A stretch of DNA of 64,000 bases. Origin: a virus. Numbering within the stretch: position 1 is the first letter of the stretch; each line of letters opens with the position of its first letter. Location of the stretch: the IMG/VR virus record IMGVR_UViG_3300036766_000416, positions 32,001-96,000 of that record. One strand, 5' to 3'. Shown here piece after piece: positions 47,401 to 54,838 of the stretch. The notes under the pieces were generated by a model that worked only from the letters and a program-made list of their open reading frames with translations, searched no databases and was not told the origin of the DNA. Both the position numbers and the translations under genes were made by a program.

Positions 47401-49488
47401 AACATCAGCAACACTGCTCCAATCAATTATGACTCCACCACAGGCATAGTATCACACGCGACTTCAGGTGTCACCGCAACCGGGTACGGGGATGCAAACA
47501 CCATACCCGTAGTGGTCGTTGATAACAAAGGTCACTTGTCCTCTGTGACCAATACAGCCATCACATTCTCTGATGGGTCCGCCACATCTCCCTCTATTCC
47601 TCACCGTGGAGACCTTGATACTGGATTCTGGTTCCCTGCAGCCGATACGATTGCAGCAAGCACCAATGGTCTTGAAAGACTGCGAATCACGGATGCGGGT
47701 TACATTGGCATCGGCACCAATAACCCTGTAGCCGACATTGAATTGCTGGCCAATGCTCCAGCCGCCTACATTGTCGTGACACAATACAGCGGGGCCCCTG
47801 GAGACGCCACTGATCCTGAATTCACCACACAGGCAGCCAGAGGGACACCAGGTACCCCAGCGGCCGTTCAACAGAATGATACATTGTTTGTGTTCGGAGC
47901 AGCAGCCTACAATGGCTCTGCATTCACCCCGAACAAAGTCTACTTAGAGATGGCTGCAGCCGAGAATTGGACAGCGGCCAACAACGGCACACTCATAGGA
48001 TTCAATACGACAGCAAATAATTCTACCCTTGTTACGCGGAGGATGTTGATAGACGGAAACGGCAACATCGGTATTGCGAATAGCTCACCAAAGCACAAAT
48101 TATCCATTACGGGAAATCTTTGGGTACGCGATACTGTCGTACTCCAAGACGGATTGATCGCCAACGGGACTCTAGGTGTTGTGGGTTCTGTGCTGACATC
48201 CAATAGCGCGACACCTCGATGGACTGGGGCCTCAGCGAATGGACAATTGTTTATTGGCAACACTGTGAGTGGCGGCTATGACGTCAATACGTTGACACAA
48301 GGTTCTGGTATCGTTATCACCAACACAAAGGGTGCTATTGAGATTGCTGCCACTGGTGGAGCGGCGACCGATCAGTTTGCTAGAGATACAGCCAACGGTG
48401 CCTTTACAAAAGCCAACGGGGCTGTTCAAACGGGGTTCACGATTTACGCTGTCAGTGGTCAATCGGATATCGTACCGGATTCCAATACTGACACGATAAC
48501 TCTCGTGGGTTCAGGTATTACTCTGACGACTGATGCAGGCACCGATACACTGACGGTTCAGCACCCCGCCTCTGGTGTGACTGCAAGTGGCTATGGAGAT
48601 GCAGCCACAGTTCCTAAATTTGTTGTGGATGCAAATGGTCATGTCACAAGTGTCACGAATACGGCTATCGCAATTTCCGCTACAGCGATCACCAGTGGTA
48701 CCTTAGCGGTTGCCAGAGGAGGTACTGGTCAGACGGCCATTACCGTCAATGGTTCGTTGCTCATCGGCAACACAGTCTCCGGTGGCTTCGACGTCAACCC
48801 GATCACCGCCACAACTCCAATCGTCGTTACAAACGATAAAGGCTCTATCGCACTTACTCATGCGACCTCAGGTGTCGTAGCAACTGGTCATGGTGATGCC
48901 GCGACGGTGCCTAAGTTTATTGTAGATGACAAGGGGCACGTCACCTCGGTCACCAATACGACTATCGCCATTGCTGCATCAGCGATCACTTCAGGTGTCT
49001 TGATCCAAGCCCAAGGAGGCACAGGGTTCTCTGGTGCCACAGCGAACGGACAATTACTTATTGGAAATACAGTAAGTGGTGGATTTGATCGTGCCACGTT
49101 GACACAGGGCACCAATATCACGATCACGAACGCAAAGGGATCGATCACGATTGATTCTACGGGTGGTGCTGGCAGCAATGGATTTGGTATTGTCAGTGTC
49201 TCTGGACAATCCGACGTCGTTGCAGACCAAGCCAATGATACCCTGACCATAGTTGCGGGATCGGGAATCACAATCACAACGGCTGCTGCTCTGGATCGTG
49301 TCAACATATCAGGTCAACCAATAGGAAATACCGTAGTTGGAGATTCGGTGTTCTTTGAGAATGGTCAAACTGTTACGGGTAACTATACAATTACCACAGG
49401 CAAATCCGCGATTTCTGCTGGACCCATCACACTCAACCCAGATATTATCGTGACTGTTCCTGGGGGAAGTCGCTGGGTTATCGTATAA
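38428..49488 (+). CDS. Giant repeat-rich tail fibre / adhesin, 3686 aa
   Basis: LVELSDVD..GDVLTY motif; about 16 copies of ITSGTLAVxRGGT..NDKGSITI modules; one unique internal domain; C-terminal FFENGQTVTGNYTIT..SAGPITL..VTVPGGSRWVIV. Confidence 0.85.
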   Translation: MPLDPIVVQIKGGPTKVITGPAGAATRLVELSDVDATPVANGDVLTYVSANGKFEFHPTADSSNAFGVVNVAGQNNVIATTPSDTLELIAGTGILVLTDNVNNSVTIVATGGSAFDQYARDVANGAYDQANAAYANANTAIYTAAQIRANISNTAPINYSATTGIISHADSGVTATTYGNTTYVPTVTVDARGHVTSITNTAITFPPSGVTSVAGKTGAVLLDTYDIAENTSSNLWFTAARVRSNISNTAPINYEPTTGVVSHADSGVVASGYGDAATVPKVVVDSKGHATSVTNTSIAISAVAITSGTLAVARGGTGQTAITVNGSLLIGNTVSGGFDVNPITQGAGILVTNDKGSITITANVTSATDQFARDQANAAYNQANNAYANANTAIYTAAQIRANISNTAPINYDPTAGVISHALSGVAASGYGDAATVAKVVVDSNGHVTSVVNTAIAISAAAITSGTLAVVRGGTGQTAITVNGSLLIGNTVSSGFDVNPITQGAGILITNDKGSITITANVTSATDQFARDQANAAFNQANTANVTGQAAFDKANGAIYTAAQIRANLSNTAPINYDATTGVISHALSGVTASGYGDAATVAKVVVDSNGHVTSVVNTAIAISATQITSGTLAVVRGGTAQTAINGNGSLLIGNTVSGGYDVNTLTQGTGIIITNDKGSITIEATGGAATDQYARDKANGAAQNAFVTINIAGQSDVVADSNVDTLILVAGTGILLTTDSPNDTITITATGGSATDQFARDTANGAFAKANGAAQNAFVTLNVAGQSDIVADSNTDTLTIVGSGITITTDAGTDTLTIQHPASGVVASGYGDAATVPKFVVDANGHVTSVTNTAIAISATQITSGTLTVARGGTGQTAITVNGSLLIGNTVSGGFDVNPITQGTNITVTNDKGSITISSSDAFAQSQANAAYDRANAAYANANTAIYTAAQIRANLSNTTPINYDATTGVISHALSGVAASGYGDAATVAKVVVDSNGHVTSVTNTAIAISATQITSGTLAVVRGGTGQTAITVNGSLLIGNTVSGGFDVNPITQGTNITVTNDKGSITISSSDAFAQSQANAAYDRANAAYANANTAIYTAAQIRANLSNTAPINYDATTGVISHAVSGVAASGYGDAATVPKVVVDVTGHVTSVVNTAIAISAAAITSGTLAVARGGTGQTTITVNGSLLIGNTVSGGFDVNPITQGTNITITNDKGSITIASSDAFAQSQANAAFDRANAAYANANTAIYTAAQIRANLSNTAPINYDATTGVISHAISGVTASGYGDAATVAKVVVDTFGHVTSVTNTAIAISAAAITSGTLAVARGGTAQTAINGNGSLLIGNTVSGGYDVNTLTQGTGIVITNDKGSITIAATGGSATDDYARAHANGAFDKANGAAQNAFITLNVAGQSDIVADSNVDTLILVGSGITLTTDAGTDTLTIQHPASGVVASGYGDASTVPKFVVDANGHVTSVTNTAIAISATQITSGTLAVARGGTGQTAITVNGSLLIGNTVSGGFDVNPITQGTNITVTNDKGSITISSSDAFAQSQANAAFDRANAAYANANTAIYTAAQIRANLSNTAPINYDATTGVISHALSGVTASGYGDADTVAKVVVDSNGHVTSVVNTAIAISATQITSGTLAVARGGTGQTAITVNGSLLIGNTVSGGFDVNPITQGTNITVTNDKGSIAISSSDAFAQAQANAAFARANAAYANANTAIYTAAQIRANLSNTAPINYDATTGVISHALSGVTASGYGDAATVAKVVVDSNGHVTSVVNTAIAISATQITSGTLAVVRGGTGQTAITVNGSLLIGNTVSGGFDVNPITQGTNITVTNDKGSITISSSDAFAQSQANAAFDRANAAYANANTAIYTAAQIRANLSNTAPINYDATTGVISHALSGVTASGYGDAATVAKVVVDSNGHVTSVVNTAIAISATQITSGTLAVVRGGTAQTAINGNGSLLIGNTVSGGYDVNTLTQGSGIVITNDKGSITVAATGGAAIDQYARDKANGAAQNAFITLNVAGQSDIVADSNVDTLILVGSGITLTTDAGTDTLTIQHPASGVTPSGYGDAATVPKFVVDANGHVTSVTNTAIAISATQITSGTLAVARGGTGQTAITVNGSLLIGNTVSGGFDVNPITQGTNILITNDKGSITIASSDAFAQTQANAAFDRANAAYANANTAIYTAAQIRANISNTAPIRYDATTGIVSHADSGVVASGYGDAATIPVFVANATGHISSVTNTAIAISATQITSGTLAVARGGTAQTAINGNGSLLIGNTVSGGYDVNTLTQGTGIVITNDKGSISIAATGGASANGFGIIEVAGQANVVADQANDTLLLVGSGITLTTDAGTDTLTIQHPASGVVASGYGDAATVPKVVVDANGHLTSVVNTSIAISATQITSGTLAVVRGGTGQTAITVNGSLLIGNTVSGGFDVNPITQGTNITVTNDKGSITISSSDAFAQSQANAAFDRANAAYANANTAIYTAAQIRANLSNTAPINYDATTGIVSHALSGVTASGYGDAATVAKVVVDSNGHVTSVVNTAIAISATQITSGTLAVARGGTGQTAITVNGSLLIGNTVSGGFDVNTLTQGTGIVITNDKGSITIEATGGAATDQFARDTANGAFAKANGAAQNAFVTLTIAGQSDVVADSNVDTLTLVAGADVVLTTDAGTDTITFATSRYAKNAVNNEMAFIYSDYAANGVYTSWSTLHAAYVASGSPVCTIGFWQQAPFNPAYLDIPAGAWAFEFGTRWKGLGSYSDGTSIRFLEGATISGVQFFETIYILSNSAGGVQQIGRTTDANGAFTIVNQPILHRAAIQGGNSSQTVFQSIDTLTEIWLGEECVLYANCVGLGANANTFFVNYAGPRSDIAANSFVSTNASAVLQYRRFDARTSTISATQAFFAGITRTEDIPEQIGTTAARPPVPSNGHMYYDSTIAVPIWWYNGAWRRLVTANIPESTSNLYFTAARVRANISNTAPINYDSTTGIVSHATSGVTATGYGDANTIPVVVVDNKGHLSSVTNTAITFSDGSATSPSIPHRGDLDTGFWFPAADTIAASTNGLERLRITDAGYIGIGTNNPVADIELLANAPAAYIVVTQYSGAPGDATDPEFTTQAARGTPGTPAAVQQNDTLFVFGAAAYNGSAFTPNKVYLEMAAAENWTAANNGTLIGFNTTANNSTLVTRRMLIDGNGNIGIANSSPKHKLSITGNLWVRDTVVLQDGLIANGTLGVVGSVLTSNSATPRWTGASANGQLFIGNTVSGGYDVNTLTQGSGIVITNTKGAIEIAATGGAATDQFARDTANGAFTKANGAVQTGFTIYAVSGQSDIVPDSNTDTITLVGSGITLTTDAGTDTLTVQHPASGVTASGYGDAATVPKFVVDANGHVTSVTNTAIAISATAITSGTLAVARGGTGQTAITVNGSLLIGNTVSGGFDVNPITATTPIVVTNDKGSIALTHATSGVVATGHGDAATVPKFIVDDKGHVTSVTNTTIAIAASAITSGVLIQAQGGTGFSGATANGQLLIGNTVSGGFDRATLTQGTNITITNAKGSITIDSTGGAGSNGFGIVSVSGQSDVVADQANDTLTIVAGSGITITTAAALDRVNISGQPIGNTVVGDSVFFENGQTVTGNYTITTGKSAISAGPITLNPDIIVTVPGGSRWVIV
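39340..46500 (+). repeat. Coding tandem repeats (about 153-aa / 459-nt main unit plus a longer AQNAF..QHPASG variant)
   Basis: 15 recognisable SGTL[AT]V cores in this interval. The 43843 and 44302 copies are 459 nt apart. Confidence 0.85.
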
Positions 49489-49500
49489 TGGGGGCGTGAT

Positions 49501-50883
49501 ATGGATACCACTCTGAGCAGCATAACGGGTGCGGTGACCACAAACACATTTTTTCTCGCAGGAGACACATCGGGCATCTCCAACCTCTCAGCCAATTCTG
49601 TGGCTGGCTCGACCTCACTCACTCTGCCAGGTGCCAATGGGTCGTTGATGACGGGCACTGAACCCGGCACGCTTTCTGTAATATCAGTGATCACCCCGGC
49701 TCAAATTACTGCTGATGTTGATGACTGGGTACCTGGAGGTTATACGAATGAAAAAGTCATTCGCGCCAATACCAGTGACACCTGGTCGATAGGTGGCCTA
49801 AAGTTTGGATCGACCTTGTGCGTCTCGTTGATCAACATTGGATCGAATACGTTTCTGCTGAATCATAATGTGAGTACCTCCGCGGCCGTCAATCGTTTCA
49901 GTCTCACTGAGGACCAGGTGAGCGTGTATAGCAACACCAAGGTTGTGTTGATCTATGATGTGCCTTCGAGCCGTTGGTTTGTGAATGGTGGGGAACGCAA
50001 GGTGGGGAAGGGATTCTTCTCTGGGGGCATCGCAGGTTCCCCTTCTGCTGTGGCCGACCGGACGACCTATGCGACTGAAACGACTGCAGCGGTCTCAGGG
50101 GCCAACCTGTCACTGGCCCGATCTGGTCTTGCCGGGGCCGGGACTGCAACCAAAGGCTTCTTCATTGGAGGATTCGCGGGTGGCAACTCTGCTGTGGCTG
50201 ACCGGACGACCTATGCGACCGAAGTGACTGTAGCGGTCCCTGGAGCCAATTTGCCAGTGGCACGCAATCTTCTGGCGGCCGCTGGTAATGCCTTCAAAGG
50301 ATTCTTCTCAGGAGGCAGCGGCTCGTCTGTTGTCGCCAACCGGACGACCTATGCGACCGAGGTTACGGTCGCGGTCCCTGGTGCGGACCTGTCGGTGGGA
50401 CGAGACAGTCTTACGGCCGCCGGCAATGCGACCAAAGGATTCTTCTCAGGAGGCACCACGACCGATACTGTCGAGTCCCTTGTCGCTGATCGAACGACCT
50501 ATGCGACTGAAACGACTGCAGCAGTTCCGGGTGCGAATTTATCGCTAGCCCGATGGGGACTTGCGGCCGCTGGTAATGCAACCAAAGGATTCTTTTCTGG
50601 AGGAGACCCAGTGGGTCCTGTTACCGCGGTTGCTGACCGAACGACCTATGCAACTGAAACAACTGCTGCAGTCTCTGGGGCCAATCTGTCGATGGCGAGA
50701 AATACCCTGGCCGCGACAGGTAATGCGTCCAAAGGGTTCTTCTCTGGAGGGTTCAACGACACTATTGACGTCGCTGTGGCCGACCGGACGACCTATGCGA
50801 CAGAAACAACCGCGGCGGTCTCTGGAGCAAACTTGAGCCTGGCACGAGAGGGACCTGCGGCAGCCGGCACAGGTATTTTCTAA
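49501..50883 (+). CDS. Fibre-tip protein 1: adaptor N-terminus plus six 48-aa GFFSGG (Kelch-like propeller) repeats
   Basis: LAGDTSG..AGSTSLTLP; ITPAQIT..NRF..RW; 6 x KGFFxGG..ADRTTYATE..GANLS.AR; ends TGIF. Confidence 0.75.
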   Translation: MDTTLSSITGAVTTNTFFLAGDTSGISNLSANSVAGSTSLTLPGANGSLMTGTEPGTLSVISVITPAQITADVDDWVPGGYTNEKVIRANTSDTWSIGGLKFGSTLCVSLINIGSNTFLLNHNVSTSAAVNRFSLTEDQVSVYSNTKVVLIYDVPSSRWFVNGGERKVGKGFFSGGIAGSPSAVADRTTYATETTAAVSGANLSLARSGLAGAGTATKGFFIGGFAGGNSAVADRTTYATEVTVAVPGANLPVARNLLAAAGNAFKGFFSGGSGSSVVANRTTYATEVTVAVPGADLSVGRDSLTAAGNATKGFFSGGTTTDTVESLVADRTTYATETTAAVPGANLSLARWGLAAAGNATKGFFSGGDPVGPVTAVADRTTYATETTAAVSGANLSMARNTLAATGNASKGFFSGGFNDTIDVAVADRTTYATETTAAVSGANLSLAREGPAAAGTGIF

Positions 50884-50891
50884 AGGAGTCT

Positions 50892-52280
50892 ATGGGTATC
50901 ACAATCAGTGGCGATGGGTACATTGCCGCACGTAAAATTTTCTTGCGAGGCAGCACATCAGGGAACACCACACTGTCTGCGAGTGAGAACGCAGACCTGT
51001 TTGTGGCGACTCTGCCTGCAGCCAATGGCACCCTGTTGATCGACGCGTGGTCTGATGCGGCTGTGCTGGCACCTAACATTACTCCGACACAGATCACCAG
51101 TGATACCGATGACTGGGCACCCACAGGGTACGCGAACGCTCGCATCATCCGTGCGAATACCAGCGACACCTGGTCCTTGGGTGGCCTGACGCACAGCACC
51201 ACTGACTTTGCGAACACGAATTTTGTGGTCCTACTCAATGTGGGACCGAATAGATTGCTCCTGAACCATGAAGCGAATACCTCGACGGCTGCGAATAGAT
51301 TTTATTTAGGTGAGGACCAAGTGGTTCTGTATGCGAATGCCTGTGTGTTCCTGACCTATAATAATACCTTGAGCCGTTGGGTGGCAAATGGTGGCGAACG
51401 AAAGGTTGGGAAAGGATTCTTCTCTGGAGGTCACACAGGTTCCGTTTCTGCTGTGGCCGACCGGACGACCTATGCCACAGAGACAACCGCAGCGGTCCCT
51501 GGAGCAAACTTGAGCCTGGCACGGCAGTTGCTTGCGGCTGCTGGCAATGCCTCCAAAGGATTCTTCTCAGGAGGCACCACAGGTGTAAGGTCTGTTGTGG
51601 CTGACCGGACCACCCATGCCACTGAAGTCACCGCAGCGGTCTCTGGTGCGAACTTGAGTGTAGCACGAGAGGGACCTGCGGCCGCTGGAAATGCCTTCAA
51701 AGGCTTTTTCTCAGGAGGTTCCACAGGTGCCGATTCTGCTGTGGCCGACCGGACGACGTATGCCACAGAAGTGACCGTTGCGGTCCCTGGAGCAAACTTG
51801 AGCCTGGCACGGCAGTTGCTTGCGGCTGCTGGCAATGCCTCCAAAGGATTCTTCTCAGGAGGCTTCACAGGTTCCTATTCTGCTGTAGCCGACCGGACGA
51901 CCTATGCAACCGAAACGACGGCTGCGGTCTCTGGAGCCAACTTGAGTGTGGCACAATCCGACCTTGCGGCTGCTGGTAATGCCTCCAAAGGATTCTTCTC
52001 AGGAGGCTTCACAGGTTCCTATTCTGCTGTAGCCAACCGGACGACCTATGCAACCGAAACGACGGCTGCGGTCTCTGGAGCCGACTTGAGTGGGGCCCGA
52101 GCCATTCTCGCTGCCGCAGGCAACGCCTCCAAAGGGTTCTTCTCAGGAGGCGACACGGGGTCTGATTCTGCTGTGGCTGACCGGACCACGTATGCAACCG
52201 AAGTAACTGTAGCGGTCTCTGGTGCAAACCTCAGCGTGGCACGTGACGGGACAGCGGCCACAGGCACCGGTATTTTCTAA
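50892..52280 (+). CDS. Fibre-tip protein 2, same architecture
   Basis: LRGSTSG..TLP; six 48-aa repeats; ends TGIF. Confidence 0.75.
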   Translation: MGITISGDGYIAARKIFLRGSTSGNTTLSASENADLFVATLPAANGTLLIDAWSDAAVLAPNITPTQITSDTDDWAPTGYANARIIRANTSDTWSLGGLTHSTTDFANTNFVVLLNVGPNRLLLNHEANTSTAANRFYLGEDQVVLYANACVFLTYNNTLSRWVANGGERKVGKGFFSGGHTGSVSAVADRTTYATETTAAVPGANLSLARQLLAAAGNASKGFFSGGTTGVRSVVADRTTHATEVTAAVSGANLSVAREGPAAAGNAFKGFFSGGSTGADSAVADRTTYATEVTVAVPGANLSLARQLLAAAGNASKGFFSGGFTGSYSAVADRTTYATETTAAVSGANLSVAQSDLAAAGNASKGFFSGGFTGSYSAVANRTTYATETTAAVSGADLSGARAILAAAGNASKGFFSGGDTGSDSAVADRTTYATEVTVAVSGANLSVARDGTAATGTGIF

Positions 52281-52289
52281 GAGGAACGA

Positions 52290-53666
52290 ATGAGTCTTAT
52301 TCTCGACGGCAACACAGCCACAGTCACCGCGAACTCCATTATTTTTAGGGGGAATACCTCAGGTACGATCACGCTCACTGCAAATGCAGTTGCCGATACT
52401 ACGAACATTTACTTGCCCGGTGTGACTGGCACCCTACAGACGACCTCGAATACCGCGAATGTCGTCACCACGGCACCGATGATTACTCCGACACAGATCA
52501 CCGTGGATACCGATGACTGGGCACCCACAGGGTACGCGAATGCCAAGGTGATCAATGCCAACACCAGTGACGTGTGGTCTCTAGGTGGCCTGACCTATGG
52601 ATTGACGAATTCTGTCATCATAAATAATGTTGGAGCAAATAGTTTTCTATTGAACCATGAGGCGAATACCTCCACGGCGGCAAATAGATTTCAGTTAGAC
52701 GAAGATCAAGTCACCGTGTATGCGAATGTCTCGATTTTCCTCATGTATGACGTCACTGGGACCCGTTGGGTTGTCAATGGGGGTGAACGAAAAGTCGGCA
52801 AAGGGTTCTTCTCAGGAGGCTTTACAAGTTCCGACTCTGCTGTAGCCGACCGGACGACCTATGCGACTGAAGTCACTGCAGCGGTCTCTGGTGCGAACCT
52901 CAGTGTAGCCCGAGATGGCCCTGCGGCTGCCGGTAATGCGTCCAAAGGATTCTTCTCAGGAGGCCATGCAGGTTCCGACTCTGCTGTAGCCGACCGGACG
53001 ACGTATGCAACTGAAGTCACCGCAGCGGTCCCCGGTGCGAACTTGAGCCTGGCACGGCGTTACCCGGCAGCCGCCGGTAATGCCTCCAAAGGATTCTTCT
53101 CAGGAGGTTTTACAGGCACCTATTCTGTTGTGGCCGACCGGACGACCTATGCGACCGAGGTTACCGCTGCAGTCTCTGGTGCGAACTTGAGCGTGGCGCG
53201 GAACGAACTGGCGGCCGCCGGTAATGCCTCCAAAGGGTTCTTCTCAGGAGGCGGCACAGGTGCCGACTCTGCTGTGGCCGACCGGACCACCTATTCGACC
53301 GAAGTGACTGCAGCGGTCTCTGGTGCGAACTTGAGCGTGGCGCGAAACGGACTTGCGGCCGCTGGTAATGCCTCCAAAGGGTTCTTCTCAGGAGGCCATA
53401 CAGGTTCCAATTCTGTTGTGGCCGACCGGACGACGTATGCAACTGAAGTGACTGCAGCGGTCTCTGGTGCGGACTTGAGCGTAGCCAGGCAGTTGCCCTC
53501 CGCTGCTGGTAATGCGTCCAAAGGATTCTTCTCAGGAGGTGATCCAGGTCCTTCTGCTGTGGCCGACCGGACCACGTATGCGACGGAAACGACTGCAGCG
53601 GTCTCTGGAGCGAACTTGAGCCTGGCACGATACGGGTTGGCTGCAGCCGGCACTGGAATTTTCTAA
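52290..53666 (+). CDS. Fibre-tip protein 3, same architecture
   Basis: FRGNTSG..LP; six 48-aa repeats; ends TGIF. Confidence 0.75.
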   Translation: MSLILDGNTATVTANSIIFRGNTSGTITLTANAVADTTNIYLPGVTGTLQTTSNTANVVTTAPMITPTQITVDTDDWAPTGYANAKVINANTSDVWSLGGLTYGLTNSVIINNVGANSFLLNHEANTSTAANRFQLDEDQVTVYANVSIFLMYDVTGTRWVVNGGERKVGKGFFSGGFTSSDSAVADRTTYATEVTAAVSGANLSVARDGPAAAGNASKGFFSGGHAGSDSAVADRTTYATEVTAAVPGANLSLARRYPAAAGNASKGFFSGGFTGTYSVVADRTTYATEVTAAVSGANLSVARNELAAAGNASKGFFSGGGTGADSAVADRTTYSTEVTAAVSGANLSVARNGLAAAGNASKGFFSGGHTGSNSVVADRTTYATEVTAAVSGADLSVARQLPSAAGNASKGFFSGGDPGPSAVADRTTYATETTAAVSGANLSLARYGLAAAGTGIF

Positions 53667-53688
53667 TGTTCACTATGAGGAGGTTATA

Positions 53689-54255
53689 ATGAATTTACCA
53701 GAAATTATTTCACAACATGATGCGCTCTTTGCCGCGTTTGACGCCGTTAGTCAACCACGAAGCGATTATCAACTGAGAAAGTTTGTGGTGGGAGAACACG
53801 AAACACCCGAGAGACAGTATCTTCAAGTCGTGGTCGAAATGCAACGAAAAGTGTCGTCCCTTCGACGCGCTGTGATTGAGCGACGAAAGAAAATCGCCGC
53901 CATAGAGAAGGAAACGGATCTCGACGAGAAAGAATTGATGCAGATTGATCTTGATGACATGAACTTTGCGATTACGGGGGCCATGCGCGAATTCAACACG
54001 CTCTATGACATCTACATGAGCCTTCCGACATTCACGACCCAGCAACTTCAGGATGCGGAAGAAGGTTACTGGATTCGCCGATTGATTCGTCAATCACAGG
54101 TTGATATCGATTCCTGTGGGCAAGTGTCACCTGGCAACATGGATGCCCTGAGACAAGCAGGGATTGTCACCGGATTTGAGGAACGATTCAATTTGGTTTC
54201 ACAGTCACTTCGAGGAGTCAATCATGATTTACTTCAGTTACCAACTCAAGGCTAA
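53689..54255 (+). CDS. Coiled-coil hypothetical protein following the propeller genes
   Basis: GAGGAGG RBS. SDYQLRKFVV..TPERQYLQVVVE, then heptad-rich helices. Confidence 0.8.
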   Translation: MNLPEIISQHDALFAAFDAVSQPRSDYQLRKFVVGEHETPERQYLQVVVEMQRKVSSLRRAVIERRKKIAAIEKETDLDEKELMQIDLDDMNFAITGAMREFNTLYDIYMSLPTFTTQQLQDAEEGYWIRRLIRQSQVDIDSCGQVSPGNMDALRQAGIVTGFEERFNLVSQSLRGVNHDLLQLPTQG

Positions 54256-54826
54256 TCCTGATGGGTCGCGGTCAGGACCCGCGAGTATTCTTCCGGCCAA
54301 TTCCGTCACTGGGATCACGGCCAATGGAAATTACTACGGAAAAGCCAGTATCGGTTCGATTTCCATTTTGACGAATGCTGGATTTCAGGCGAACGTGCTC
54401 AATAGTGCGTATCAGTATGTCATGGCCAATGCGGCGAACGGTGTGATTACAGGGGTCGAGCGTCGTGCTGACCATCTTCTGATTACAAACAATTCGGCCA
54501 ATACCGCCAATGCAGAGAATATCGCCTTTACAGCCTATACGACCTGGATCAGCGAGGGGAAGGTACCACTACCACCAACACTCCCCTATGAGACACCTGA
54601 TTATGAAGGATTTAGTAGCTGGCTGAACAATGCGCTCTCGGTGGTCAATATCAATGCGTTTTGCGCCGCGTACCCAGGGTTCGCATGGTTTGTGATGTCA
54701 CACAATAATGCTGGTATCTCAGCGGTGATGATCGACGCCTTCAACACCGGAAAAATTACGGCCGGGCAACTCTTGGCCGTCAAGAACTCGATGATCGATT
54801 TCAACATTCCTATTGTGCTACCATAA
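54224..54826 (+). CDS. Hypothetical protein, 200 aa
   Basis: GAGGAG at 54212-54217 supports ATG 54224 (MIYFSYQLK..). Confidence 0.75.
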   Translation: MIYFSYQLKANPDGSRSGPASILPANSVTGITANGNYYGKASIGSISILTNAGFQANVLNSAYQYVMANAANGVITGVERRADHLLITNNSANTANAENIAFTAYTTWISEGKVPLPPTLPYETPDYEGFSSWLNNALSVVNINAFCAAYPGFAWFVMSHNNAGISAVMIDAFNTGKITAGQLLAVKNSMIDFNIPIVLP

Positions 54827-54838
54827 AGGGATCACTCC

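Larger units (their letters stand above)
50000..53666 (+). repeat. 18 copies of a 144-nt (48-aa) coding repeat across three genes
   Basis: TTCTTCTCAGGAGG at 51849 and 51993 (144 nt apart). Identical 84-nt tract at 51492-51575 and 51780-51863. Confidence 0.9.

Noticed and set aside
50000-53666. 144-nt repeats as a CRISPR array
   Set aside because: The repeats are in frame, lie inside three long ORFs, are degenerate at third positions and lack unique spacers of constant length. No cas operon is present.
49501-53666. An active diversity-generating retroelement in this window
   Set aside because: No reverse transcriptase, accessory gene or non-coding template repeat is visible. Loop indels and NNR codons at the second variable site do not fit A-only mutagenesis. 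Kept only as a testable side hypothesis.
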